Shown here in pieces: positions 25,431 through 38,824 of a stretch of DNA of 64,000 nucleotides; the stretch's first letter is position 1; every line of letters begins with the position of its first letter. Source of the DNA: Takakia lepidozioides. Taxonomy: Eukaryota; Plantae; Bryophyta. A program made the translations under genes and the position numbers. Under the pieces are notes generated by a model. The model saw nothing but the letters and a program-made list of their open reading frames with translations. It ran no database searches and was not told the origin of the DNA. The DNA lies in assembly GCA_030704615.1 (NCBI GenBank), contig CM060733.1:56792001-56856000 (forward strand), written 5' to 3'.

Positions 25431-28400
25431 TCACTGGTCCCCTGGATCCATATTCAGAGAGTGTGAACCTCCTGGGGGCTAACCCTGGTGGCATGTATGA
25501 AGTGATTGAGTGTGGAATTACACGGAGTCTCTTTAGGTACACGTAGTACAAATGCTTGCAAGGGCAGTATGATGCCCCCTTTCGCCATGATCTGGAAGTC
25601 GGTTGCAATTGCAGGTGGTAATTCTGAAATGGTGATGGTGTACACCTCATTGCGAACAGCTGAGCCGCCGTGTGGCCATCTGATACACACGCCCGAATCC
25701 TGGTGGGGGCACTTCTGTCGAGCTCTGGATTGTACAGTTCATCCGAAGTGCATTCCCCATCCTTGTCTCGTTCACTTTTGAGGGAGGTCGCCGCCTCTTC
25801 GGTTTCCCCCAACGGTGTGTAGGATGCTTAGAGCTGTCGTGTCCCATTGTTCTTGCTCTCACAGGGGTGGTGGTGGAGGCTGGGAAGCGGAAATGGTTTC
25901 TGGGACGTCAGTGCGCTGCACCATCCGAAATCCTGCGGCGGTAAGGGCGTCGGCCTCAAACCTGACTCAGATCGCAGCCTGGTCCACCGGCCACACCGGG
26001 GAGCCTCTGGCATTGTTTGTATGCCGTACTTGGGCTTTCCATACACGCAAGTCATAATGTCGTGCCTGCAGAACCAGAACTGGGTGGTTGTCGCCTCCGC
26101 AAACTTTGCATGGACAAATCTTCCTGTAAAAGTAGAGCAGGACAGCCCCATCTGGATTCCTCCTTATCATCTCTAAACAACGTTGCTGTGTATCCACACG
26201 AATTGCGGAACACCTTCCCGAAACGACGGCTTTGTGCGAGCAATTCTCCACTGTGAGGCAGACACAGTCGTCTCCACAATGGCTTGGCCATACTGCATAA
26301 CAGCGGGAGGAATGTGGGGCAAGGGAGCGGTGGGAATTTTTGCACGAAATCCCCGGTTAAGGCGACGGCGATCTGGAATTTCTTGGGCTTCCACGCTGGA
26401 AGACACATTGTGCGGCAACATGACGGGACCGGAGGTGCTGTCCGAATTTCTTCCGGATCTCCAGGAATCCTCTTCGCACCGGGTTGGTCCTCTTCAATCT
26501 CCGCCTGACAGGGCGAGTCCGGACGTCCCCCTCTAGGTGTTCACCTCTGCGGTGCAGAGGCGTCCCTTTGATCTTCTCTCGCAATGCTGTCGCCCATTTC
26601 ACTGGATTCTTGGACCTCGAAGCTGTCGTACCAACAATTCCTCCCTGTCCGGCCCAAAGCCCCATTGTTTGCCGCTCAGGAACTTGTAGTACGTGGCTTG
26701 CTGCATGATTGCTCTGTCGATGTCCTCCGTGTGGCCGTCACTACGTCCACCAGATGTGCGGCAGAAGACGCTCGCCAGGAGGAGTGGACCGATTCTGCCA
26801 TATTCGTGTTCGGCATGTCCGTGTCGGAATCCAAGCACCGCTCCTAGAAGGACACAAACAATGGTGAGGGACCAATCGAAATGTCCGTAACAGAAAGACA
26901 AATGAACGAAATTGACAGCAGCCTACCTCCGCATGTACTGTCCGAACTGTCGATACCGAAAATGCCACCACCCCAACCAGCTGTGCAATGCTCCCAGATT
27001 GGTTGTCTCCACTGCACCTGACGTGTTCCACCAAGCCTCGATGATAGCAAACTTAACCTCCGCGTCATCAAATGTGGGTGCATCCTTCCACGCCGTACAA
27101 AGGACACGGTGTTCAGCCTGGAATGAGCTAGCAACAAATTTGGTAGTGTAGTGGGATAGACTCTGCATCCAATGGAATCCACAGGATCTCTCTTTCCCCT
27201 CCATTGGAACATTGGGGTCCTCACCGTACACACGCCGCACCGCTGCCCAGTTGGCCTGAGCGTTGTCTGCCATGAATCCCCTGAAATTGGGCTCTCTGGC
27301 AATCCCGCCCTTGCCATCTGCTCGTTTATGCCCTCCCACAGATGCATCTCGACTGTGTGTCCTCCCCTTTCATCTCGCAGATTGCAATCGTCATGAGCCT
27401 CTTGGAGTGATGATAGTCATAAACATGCGCACCCATACACACACCTGATGGTTTGTAATTCGCTTGATGTGATCAAACATCACCCAAGCATTCGACAAGT
27501 TTCAGTTGTCATGCGAGTGACCAAGTCGACTCCACTCCCAGGCCCACACGTCGACATTTTGAAAAATGTAACAACGATCGGATTCGCTGCCTTGCCCTGG
27601 AAACCTGCTACCTTGGATGTAGTCATATCCAGTCATTCGTTTTCACCTCCAGGATTGAGTACATGTCCGACCCCCTGCCGAACTCCTGCTTGCCAAGATA
27701 CGATGTGATTCCGCACGCACTTCGGACTACAAACGTGCGAGACGGACTCCAAGAGGTCACGCATCTCGTCTTCGGTCAAGGGCTCTCGGTCGGAACCATC
27801 TTCAGACATGATTTTGCCAAGAGCAATCTTGTGGGCTGCCTTCAGCTGAATCTGCTTTGGTCTGGCTCCGGGGCTCAATTTCAACCTCCTCTTTTATGAT
27901 GTCGTGTGCTTCCTGCACAGCCCTCACGCATGTTGCCTCTCGCCAAGGGGTGGCAGTGGACCCCAACGGTATGCAAGCTCTAGTCAAGTCCGGGAGCAAA
28001 TGGATTACGTAATATGCTTGGCTCTGCACATGGACATGCACGTCGGTGGTTCTTTGCAATGTGCACACTTGAAAGAACCCCGCAGGAGCTTGGCTGGAGA
28101 CAATGAATGGATGATGCGTTGTGCCAGTCCAATCCGTCTCGTTTCTCCGCCTCTCCTTTGGAGAGAAAGTGGAAGCAGGTGGGATTGAGGCACCTCAGCT
28201 TCCCCGCACAGAGGACATATCGTACACGAACACCATCAGCAATTCGTGCTACTGGTCTTCGTCACACAACCAGGGGTGTCCGTCATGCTTTCGATCCATG
28301 TCTGTTAACATCCCGAGGCTTTCTTTGACGAAGAAACAGGTGGAAACTCGAAGATGACATTGCCATCGACTTCGGGAGGCAGAAAAGTTACCTTTCTGAC

Positions 28401-29361
28401 TGGGAATTTGGCATAGTCGAGAGCAGCCAGCTCGGAGCGAGAACCATCGAGGTGATGTTGTCGTAGGAGCTGCACAATGGACCGGGTTGGAGTTATGCTC
28501 GAGGGCACATGCGTAGCACCGACAGAGACGTCCATGCCGGATTTGAACGACCGTGTGGAGGACATGGGTACTTCAATGCAATCATCTTCCTCGTCGGAAA
28601 TGTCGAATACGTCCACACGAGAAGCTATGGAGGGTCTTGACGGTCCAGTCGGGAATGATTATCGTTGCATATCTCTGTTGGCAGTGGCCGCCTCTCGGTT
28701 TCCGGACTCCTTTGTGGATGGTGTGGGCAGCGACTGATTCGGAAAGGGAATGGGCATTCCCACAGCTCGGTACAGGATGGTGTCTGACGGGGGAACGTGC
28801 CATTCGATTCCGCAACCTCCGTCGTTACCTAGCACGACAATGGTCTCGTCAAACTGTCCAGGAACATCCTTCCTTTCTTCTTCCAAATAAACTGTGCCCG
28901 GTTTTTGAGCTTGAATTTGGAACAAAGGTAAGTTTCAGTCACTCTGCAAAGTCCTCCCTCGTTTGGGATCCAGGCTCTCCCAAGTTGCGGAGGACAGCAA
29001 ACTATAGCGTAGGAATTCGGAGCCATCGAACACCGCACGGAGTTGGCAAGTGCGAGGTTCAGTTATAGCGACAGACCAAGGCTCACAGGCACCATCTAAG
29101 TGGATCTGCGGAGTCCATCGACGATTGGAAGTCGCACATTGAAGTGGAAAGTATTGTTTCAAGCTACATGCATGAAGGTGGGAGGTTTGATTCCATAGCC
29201 AGTGAGTATGACAATGATGGCCGATTCGGCGACGAAATAACATCTCCTGACAGTTTCTCCTGAGGGTGGATCCAGCAGTATTCTCGTGCAGACAGGAACG
29301 TTCGCACTGACAAGTGCCAGGACTGCTGGTTAAAACGGTCAGACAACCAAGTTGTGCTCAT
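25431..29361 (-). CDS. Mutator-family DDE transposase with Cys/His DNA-binding region and C-terminal SWIM zinc finger (copy A; frameshifted as assembled)
   Basis: VMFDHIKR (D1), GFMADNAQAN (D2), SCGFHW (CxxH), TNMAESVHSSW (E), and CNCTDF...CPCKHL SWIM (disrupted here by an indel, intact in the 58025-61760 copy). Intron at ~26845-26925. The start codon is uncertain. Confidence 0.85.
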
Positions 29362-29439
29362 CAAGACTGGCCGCAATTGTGTTGTTTCGGAACAATGCAA
29401 CCATTGAGGTCCAGATTTCCCGTCCCGAGTGATTCTTTC

Positions 29440-31140
29440 GATTGCTGGTGGACGGAAATACGGCGCCGCATTTCCGTATTGCATCTTGTCATGCACCAAA
29501 GCGACGGAAATGCGGCACCGAGTTTCCGTCCGGGGGAAACCTTTATACTCTCCAGAACGGAAATGCGGTAACGCATTTCCATCCAGCAAGCACGGTATGT
29601 GAAGGTGGAACGGAAATGCGGTACCGCATTTCCGTTCTGATTGAGATTTATGAACAACGGGAACAGAAATGCGGCACCGCATTTCCGTCCGAGTCGCACT
29701 TTTCCGACATTTCAGAACGGAAATGCGGCGCCGCATTTCATTTGTATCTGATGCATGGAGCGAGGGATAGAAATGCTGCAGGCACTTTCCGTCCTTAAAA
29801 GACATTCATACTCTCCAGAACGGAAATGCGGTACCGCATTTCATTCAACAAGCACGGTATGTGAAGGTGGAACGGAAATGTGGTACCGCATTTCCGTTCT
29901 GATTGAGAATTATGAACAACGGGAACAGAAATGCGGCACCGCATTTTCTGTCCGAGTCGCACTTTCCGACATTCCAGAACGGAAATGCGGCGCCGCATTT
30001 CCATTTTGTATCTGATGCATGGAGCCGAGTGCGATTCCGACAGCTTCATACAGCGCAATTCCGACCGTTGAGACATTCATACTATCCAGAACGGAAATGC
30101 CGGCACCGCATTCCGTTCTGACTGAAAATCGTGAACCATCTGAACTGAAATGCGGCACCGTATTTCCATCCGAGTCGCACCTACCAACATTCCAGAACGG
30201 AAATGCGTACCGCATTTCCGTTCTGACTGAAAATCGTGAACCATCGGAACTGAAATGCGGCAGCGCATTTCCATCCGAGTCGCACTCCCAACATTCCAGA
30301 ACGGAATGTATTAGATTCAAAGGGAAATGCGGCACCGCATTTCCGTTCTGATGAAATATCCTGAAACATCGGAACTGAAATGCGGTACCGCATTTCCGTC
30401 GGAGTCGCACCTTCGCACATTCCAAAACGGAAATGCGGCGCCGCATTTCCATTTTGTATGTGAGGCATGGAGCTGTGGAACGAAAATGCGGCACAGCATT
30501 TCCGCCAGCGTCAGACGTTAATACTCTACAGAAACGGAAATGCGGTACCGCATTTCCATTCTGACTGAAATCGTGCCGCAACGGGAACAGAAATGCGGCC
30601 ACCGCATTTCCGTCCGAGTCGCACCTTCCGACATTCTAGAACAGAATATGCGGCGCCGCATTTCCGTTTTCTATATTGGGCCTGGAGCTGTGCTACGGAA
30701 ATGTGTTGCCGCATTTCCATCCATGTGAGACCTTCAAACTTTCCAGACCGGAAATGCGGCACCGCATTTCTGTCCAGGTGAGACCTCTATACTTTCCCGA
30801 ACGGAAATGTGCACGGCATTCCATTCATCAACTCACGTATGTGAAGGGAACGGAAATGCGGTACCGCATTTCCGTTCACATTGAAAATCATGAACCACGG
30901 GAACTGAAATGTGTGCCTCATTCCCGCCCTTTCGACATTCAGAACGGAAATGCGGCGCCGCATTTCCCTTTGAATCTCATACATGGAGCTGTGGGAGGAA
31001 AGCGGCACCGTATTTCCGTTCAACAACTAAGGTATGTGAAGGTGGAACGAAATGCGGTGCCCATTTTCTTCCAACAAGTACGGATGTGTAGCTTCGTGAT
31101 GGTACTTAACGGAAATGCGGCGCCGCATTCGCATTTTCGC
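29440..31140. repeat. Array of palindromes GGAAATGCGGYRCCGCATTTCC at roughly 50-60 bp spacing, between divergent genes
   Basis: Dozens of near-perfect copies, e.g. 29611-29632, 29719-29738, 30429-30450. Spacers recur in a ~240 bp higher-order unit. Confidence 0.95.
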
Positions 31141-31471
31141 TCCAACTGATCAGACGCTGGGACGGAAATACTTGAAATGTGAACACGTGGAGCAACGGAA
31201 TTAGCACATGTCGCACTTATCTGACTGAAGGGGCATGAGGCGGCGGCCTGACCGTTGGATAATGATGTTTGTTTTTCGACGGCAGGCGTACCCTCAACGA
31301 TTCGAATTTCGTAATGACGCAAACTCCACGAGGAGACCACTTTCGTCCAACCCTTCGAACCCAAGTGGTGCATCACCGCCGTTTCATCTACTTTTGTCGT
31401 GTCTCCTCAGTCACCCCTCTCGCGCCCTTTCCATCTGCACTCTTTGCCCTTTTCCCTCTCTCTGTTCTTCT

Positions 31472-34400
31472 TATGCTCGAACCTGAGAGGGGGGAGTTCG
31501 TGCACCAGACAGGAGACCTCGTCGCAAGCTCCGGAAATTATACTTCGGACGTAGGCCAATGCCGAAGGGGAGGAAGCAGATGCGTCTACAGGAGGAGATT
31601 GCCATCTCCGAGCAGCAGGCCACTCAGGCAACCCAGCCACCAGTGAGAGCTCCATGCGATCGGGCTGCGCGCAGCTGATCGAGCACCGAACCCCCATTTT
31701 GCTTTGTAATTCTTAGACTGAATGCTAGGAGACTTGAATGCAGAACATGTTTGCATGCCTAACAGGAAAGGTGGACGTGCTGGAGGGATCGCAGGAATCC
31801 GAAGAGCCGCAGGAAGAGTCCGAGGAGCTAGCTGCAGCACGTACACCCACCCGATCCCGAGCGCGGGTATTCCTGCCGGCCTAGCCCTGTGCGATTCAAA
31901 GACGCGTCTTCGAAGGGCAAGTTCAAAGCCCCAGAGATCGACTCGCGTTCTTCGGTCATGGAGAATCGCCAGCAGGGGTCGGGCCCTTCTCCAGCAAAGT
32001 CGAAGAAGAAGCAGCCCGTCCCTCTACTGGCTTCTGAACCGGCTCAGGCCGATTCACCCCCCCCAACGCGAATGAAGCAGCAGGGTAGAAGACAGATTCA
32101 ATTGCAGCAGACACCTTCACCTGCAAGGATGAGGAAGCAGAAGGCAATCAGGGCGACGGGCGAACAATCTCCCACAAAACCGCTTCCACGAGCTGAAGCT
32201 CAGTTCCTGGAGGATTTCCCGCCTGCAGATGTTGGGGCCGACTCTGCTGCAGCGAAGGCAATGGGATCGACCGTTGATCTCGATTTGGTACCGGAGGAGG
32301 GTGCTGCCGCTGAACGTTCGCAGCCAGACCTCACCACCGATGAGCAAGCAGGCCCGGAGGAGGCCTCTGCAATGGCAGAATTGCCCGCAGACAGGCCCCA
32401 GAGTGCAGCTCCAGTTGAGGATGCTCCAGCTGCTCAGCCACTACCGGCACCTACAGACATGTCTCCGGAGGATTTCAAAAGTGCAGCGGATAAAATGTTG
32501 GAGGAGACACACAGTAGCATTGGCAGAGTTCTGGGCAGCAGGGTATTCCAGCGGACTCTTCGAATCCCACTCTGTCGCATGGTCTCCCTTCCCATCGTCA
32601 GGCAGGCCCTTCCCGGAGATGTGGATAAGCTCAAGTTCGCATTTCGAGAAGGGTACCGTCTGGGATCGGCAGCGTTTTACGTTTCCATTGAGAATGAGGA
32701 CGGCGAAACTCGTGGACCCACTGCCGATGAATTGTCAACGTGGGATACCCACTGGCACACTCGCAACGACGAATTCGAGGCGACGCTGAAGGGTGATCCA
32801 GACTTCGGCCATATGTCGGGTAAAATGTTCTTTGTGTGGGACGGGAATCACCGACTTCTCGCCTGGTGGGAGTACATCAAGCAGAACCATGCCAAGCACA
32901 TTGGCTGGCATTACATGGTGGAGTGTGTCATCCTCAAGGTGAAGGCGGCAGACTCCTCCCTGCTCAAGAATGCCATGGCGGACCTCAACTCGTAAGATAC
33001 TCATACCCTCCCTAGCACGTTCGAAATGCGGTGCCGCATTTCGGTTTCCATTCTGGTTTGTTTCCGTGCTTCCGTGTACTGAACTGGAGAGTGTGCCTTG
33101 CAGGGTCACTGAGAATGCGTACGTGCATACCCACATGGCACATATGCTGTACAGGGTGAGGAAAACTGGTCTCACTGATCCGCAGATGTTTGCGGAAATG
33201 CTGGAGCCCGAGCTCATTCAGAAAGCCGTTGCAAAAAACAGACCGGACATGGTATCGTCTCACTATGGATGGAATGGTGGAGGTGATATACGAAGTAAGT
33301 CGTCCTCCAATTTCCCTCTGCTCATCCTTCCCCAATTTTCAGTAATGTTTCCACATGAATCGAATGTAACGCTTCTGCATGTTTTTGTTGGCAGTCAAAC
33401 ATCAAGCTGGATTTGGCCCATGCCAAACGCTTCTTCATGGAAAGTGAGGGGCAGGTCAAAACGTTGCAGTCATTGACTGAGCACTTGAAGGAAGCCGGTG
33501 TCAAGTCCAGAACCAAATACAAGTCAAAGCTTGTGAAGCTGGTGGCAATTGCAGATCCGGCACTTGGAAAGGACTTCATCCCCGAGATTGCAAAACACTA
33601 TTCTCGGGCCATGCAGCCGACCATGCAATTGGAGAAACTGCATCACCTCTCAACGGCATGTGTGGAGGCGAAAGAGAAGGTGAGGTTTCAATGCACTGAA
33701 GTTCCTTCCTAGCAATAGCCACTCTCTTCCAGCTCCTGACATTGGATCGGAAATGGCAGACACGGTGGCTGTCGATCTGGAATGCATCCGAGAGCATAAG
33801 GACAATGTGGTCTTTTCCACTGGAAGTTTCCGACCCTGCAGTGGATGTGTGGCTCAACCGTATGACTTGGTGGTTCCAGGTAATTCAAGGTACTTCCCCA
33901 GATTTGCTTTTCTGACATGAATTCCCTGAACTGCTACGTGACAATGGATTTGGGAATCGCAGGTAATGTCGAATGCGAAGGAGCAAGTCGTAATGCACAC
34001 AAATTCGTTCGGCTTGTACGTCAAATGGGATGGAACACAGACATTGGAAGACTACGTGACACGTTTCAGATGTGCGTACAAGGACAACCTTTTCGCCAGA
34101 GAGCTACAGACAGCAAGAAGGAGCGTGGAGTTTACACATCAGGAGGGAGCGGGGAAAGCTGCAATGCGAATTGTTTACAGGTGAAGCACAGCTGCCCTTG
34201 TATGCGAAGCCTGGTTACGAGGTTTGTCTCGGAAATGCGGCACCGCATTCGCATTTTATGTTTTCGGTGGCACTCTGCGAGTAGGTTGGTCTCAACTTTT
34301 GCTCACGCATGCTGACTGCCTTGCAGGTATATGAAATACGTGCTCCTTCAGACAGGGCCCTGGCTCAAGAGCCCCGTTCTTCATGGCTTGGACCGTGGCG

Positions 34401-36669
34401 GGCCCAAGCTGTGTCTACACACCCGAGATGCAGAAACAATGGCATCCCGCGCATCTCGTTGGATGCCCGTGGTACCTGGACATGTCTGGCGGTATTGTTG
34501 ACGAGTCTGAGAAAGATCTGCACGCCTTGGCAGAAGAGAAGAGAAAGGAAAGACGTGTCCCTGCTGGGCCAAAGTCGGCAAAGGAATCTGCTGCTCTGGA
34601 AGAATCCAGAAAGGCAGCTGAGATGGCACAAAAGACGGTGGATGCAGCTGTGCAGGCCCAACAGAAGGGGTCGAAGAAGAGGACTCGCCAGCAAGGAGCA
34701 GCTGTTGTGACACCCGCCAAAACGAAGAAGCAGAAACAGCCTGTTCAGGAAGAGGGTGAGGAAGAGGACTCCGATGGAGACTTTGCAACCAGCCCACCCC
34801 CCCAAACGCAGGCTGCCTCCCCTGTGCCCACCGTTGTCACGAGAGGCACGAGAACTGGCTCGGCAAAGAAGGCACTCTTCAACCCCCAGGGGGCACCCTT
34901 TCGAGCCGGTGGAAATGAAGAGGCCGAAAGTGGCTCCCGAAACAGTAGTCCAGTGTGTAAATGAGAGTTTCTTGGCGGCTTTGGATGGACGGGCAGCCAA
35001 GTTGGCATACATGAAGACCATGGAGGGTCTGAAGGGCAGAGCACTGAAGAAGGCGACTGCCGAAGAGCCTTCCGACACCCCAGGATTTCAGAATATGGTC
35101 TCGTTCTTTGAGAGGGTGTGTGCAGACAAGGATTGTAGGAGGGGCGGAAATGCCACCGAGTGGTCTTGCGATATGATCATCTTGGATATTCCGGACGGAG
35201 AGCCTGTGGAAGGACTGCAAGCTTTGCCATCTTGGAACAGGTACTCGGAGGACTTTTGGAAGAAAGGATTCGGGCTTGCCCGCATGGTGTTGGACGACAG
35301 AGGCTGTGTGGTTGTCCTGGCGAGCAGAGGAAAAAACACTCAGACAGGAATTGCGAAGTGGACCCGCAAGAGCGCCGTCCCGATTCTGAAAAAGAAGTGG
35401 ACGTGCATCAACACACTGGGCCTTCGGTCGGAAGGGAAGAAGGTGATTACGACACTGGCACTCGTCCATTCATTTGCTTGGGTGTTTTCAAATGCGGTGC
35501 CGCATTCGTTTCTAATCGTTTTCCCCCTGTGTATGCAGACGAAGCAGTTCGATGCATACTGCTTTGTGAAGGAGAACTCCACCTTTGCTTTCCGGAAGGA
35601 GGGAGGAAAGGTTGACCCGAACTGCGACCCACTCGATTACGACGTTCTGTTCAACAACGTTCCCAAGGAACTTCTCCCTCATAGCCTCACTTCAACGGAA
35701 CCCCTGCGGTACTCACGGACTCGGAGCCCTGCCTTCATTCAGACAATTATGGAGACATGCACAGACGTGGAGGGCACAGTGCTCGACCTCATCTGTGGGA
35801 CAGGTATGCAGAATCTTGATCTATGCTGTTCTGCAAATTCTCGTTAGGATGTAGTTCGCAACATCTGAAGCGCCATGTGGTAATGTGTGGATGGCATTGT
35901 AACAGGTGCCTCAATGTGGGCTGGGCGGTTTTCCGACCGGCACCTCTTTGCCTACGAGGAGGATTCATCCGTGTGGGGATCCCATCTGGAAGGGCTGCAA
36001 CGGAATGTTAAGGCTCCCGACAGAGCGGAAGTCTCCTCGGATTCGTCGGAGTCCGAGGAAGACACAGTGGACATTGATGCGGAGGAGAACCCGGAATACG
36101 AGTGAGTGCAAACAGTTTGCAAAGCCTTCTGGGTCATTTATGTCAAACGAATTTCCCGACTGTGGTTCTCATTAGTCTCGTTGATGATTGTCATGTGCAG
36201 GATTGCAGGGTCCGGGTCGAAACATGTAGGGCCTACACTTCCTGCCAGGAAGAATGTCCCGTTCTTTGCGAGGGCCGACTTCATGACGAGCCCGGTGAGG
36301 GACTACTCCCTTCCTAGTTATGCAGCTAAACTCGCAAATACAGCGATTAGAAGAAGTGAGAATCCCAGTAAAGTAGAGCAGATTTTGGAGAGGGCTAGGG
36401 AGGACAGAAGGATAAGGAAAGAGTTGGCAGCAGCTCAGACAGGTAGACGGGTACGAAAGTACATATGTGATTCAGCGGATGAGAGCGACGCAGACAGGGA
36501 GGAAGACGACCCAACGGAGGTGAGATGGACAGTTCCGCAAGGGGAAGATGGGATTTTCGAAAGCCTGGCCAACGAGCAGTCCGCTGGAGATGAGAAAGGC
36601 ACTGAGGGGGTGGAGGCGGAGCAGGACAGTCTAGAACAGGATGAGGATTCGGATGATTTTCAAGATTAA
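31472..36669 (+). CDS. Multi-exon ParB/Srx-domain plus beta-class N4C/N6A DNA methyltransferase-like fusion protein
   Basis: ParB-like FFVWDGNHRLLAW (32826-32867). MTase motif IV-like CDMIILDIPDG (35166-35198). RTRSPAFIQTIMETCTDVEGTVLDLICGTG/ASMWAGRFSDRHLFAYEED carries motifs X-I-II (35714-35963). GT..AG introns at ~32992-33103, 33294-33394, 33680-33732, 35444-35538 and 35804-35905. Start and some frames are uncertain. Confidence 0.82.
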
Positions 36670-36799
36670 TAGAATTTTAATGAAGTCTCTGTAAATGTAA
36701 ATTCTCTTCCAGAGTATATAAAGGAAATTCTGCCAGACATTCGTGACCCCTCTCCAGTGTGCATTCCAGCCACACAATCGCCCAAACCACGACGCTCCC

Positions 36800-37465
36800 A
36801 AAATCAGAAATGGGGCACCGCATTTCCAAAATTTTGGCAACTCTAAGAACCTCTTTTGGAAATGCGGCACCGCATTTCCAAAACAGGGGAGGGCTAAATT
36901 TTCCATTTCAATGTTGGCATAGTAAAAAGTAATCGGCCGATTGGAAATGCGGTGCCGCATTTCCAAAATTTCCTTTGTCCACACGCCAGTTTTGGCCTCT
37001 CCCGCTCATTGCATGGATGCCACCACGCTTACAGAGGTCGAACAAGGAGGTCGAGATGGCGGAATTGAAAATGCGGTGCCGCATTTCAGTATTGGGGATG
37101 GTCGTTGTTCGAACTGCAGGCCCATCAGCAAAAATTGGCACCGCATTCCATTGTAAAAAAAAAGTCGATGACGGACATGGAAATGCGGCGCCGCATTTCC
37201 AGAACGGACATCGCAATTTGTCCATTTGCAGACCCTCTCACGGAAATGCGGTAACGCATTCCATCGCGCTGGTCGGAAATGTCACACTTTTCGAAGTGTT
37301 GTACGGAAATGCGGCACCGCATTCCCTTGTCCAAAAAGAAGTTTCCATTGCCAAGCTGGAAATGCGTCGCCGCATTTGCAATGCCAACCTCGTTTTCTGT
37401 CCAATTTATAGACCCGTGTTGGTATTTCGTGTACCTGGACGGAAATGATGCACCGCATTTCAATG
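36800..37465. repeat. Second cluster of type-A palindromes downstream of the ParB-MTase gene
   Basis: GGAAATGCGGCACCGCATTTCC at 36858, 36943, 37179 and others. Confidence 0.9.
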
Positions 37466-37718
37466 TCCGACATGGCGTTACTCTGGTATATTCTTGACAC
37501 ATGACTCACATACCGGTTACTCTGCTATATTCATCCGGACAGACACATTGTAGAAATGAGACATCAAATTGTAAACAGTTGGCCAATTCCGAGAGTTATT
37601 CAACAGAATGAAACACAATCATACAGAAGTGAGGTACGATGGGTTTATTGATCGGACACGATGTCTCACATTTACCAACTGCAGACAAAACTAAGCCCTT
37701 CCTCCTTCTACATGGGCT

Positions 37719-38293
37719 TCACCAAGTCGACGGAACTTCGATACCCCTCAAAACAAGCTCATCACTGCTGCGGCACCTCGAGGTAAACTGCAATTCGGTC
37801 GTTCTGCTGCCCTTGCTGGAGCCGACGACAATGTCATGTCCATCAATGATACCACCATCATACATTGACAATGTCACTGTGGGCCTCATGTGCCCGTGCG
37901 ATTCGTCTTCGCAACTCAGCCGAATGTCTCCATACACTGGAAGAGCGGAGTGATCTGCACGTATATAGTTTTCCCCGGTGCCGTCCTCCCTGGTCCACTG
38001 GCAGCAGTTCCAGCGCCAAAGCGAGGCCGTGCGTGATCTGTCCGGCATCCCTTTCCAGCTTGGTATATCGAGGTCAACAATTTTCAGGACCCACGGACCG
38101 CATTGACCCTCGCCCTCACCTCGCTCAAAGCGGTAATAGCCCTCCAGATACTCCATTGCGCGCAAAGACTCTTGCTTGATTCCAGCAGCGTCTGTGAAAA
38201 CAGAGAGCCAGACAATGATGTCTCCTGATTCTGGTTTGAACATAGCATAATCGTGGCCATGATAAGGGCAGCTGGATTTCGGCGGCACGGCAT
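37719..38293 (-). CDS. Cargo ORF 1, unknown protein (~190 aa), paralog of 38825-39388; apparent frameshift just after the ATG
   Basis: Shares DYAM...SGDI..W, RWNCC.WT, P.YGDIR, DGG.I.G.DIVV and ELVLR..EVP with ORF 2. Both start AAGGATGCCGTGC. Confidence 0.7.
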
Positions 38294-38824
38294 CCTTGAA
38301 AAAGAGTAGCGGAGTACGCTCAATGACAGCAGCTCCCGGATGGAGGAGGAGCAGCGCGGTGGCTGGAAAAAGTTCAAGCTAACGCTGCAATTCCTCACAA
38401 ACACTCCAGGGCACATTTAAATTTCCCCCCTACAGGATCCTGGACCGATGAAGATTGGCTGCTTCATGAATGTAGCCGTTTCAGTTTCCTACCCTGCAAT
38501 GCAAACTATGGGCACTCACTGCCAGGTGGGCCGATAGCCACTGGACACGACGAAGTCCATCCCCTCTTCGATGTAAATGCGGCGCCGAATTTCCATCCGG
38601 GGGGATGGACTTCGGTGGCAGATCTCAAACTATAACTTCTTGATGAGAAAGATGTATGGGTTCATCCACCTCCGTCGGTGGGTACGTGGGACCCAGATGC
38701 TCCATTATTGGAGGCCAGACTGCTCTTCCGCTTCGCATCATTTCCAAAATCTAAGGGCTTCGTAGCTGTCCGCAAGGTCATTGTCATCTGCATCCAAGTC
38801 GTCCTCAGGTCCTCCTTTGCAAGG

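Noticed and set aside
29440-31140. Regularly spaced palindromic repeats resembling a CRISPR array
   Set aside because: Spacers are themselves repeated and degenerate, repeats vary, there are no cas genes, and the context is a eukaryotic transposon.
31472-36669. Bacterial or phage contamination explaining the ParB-MTase
   Set aside because: The gene has multiple GT-AG introns, exists as diverged paralogs, and is interleaved with plant retroelements.
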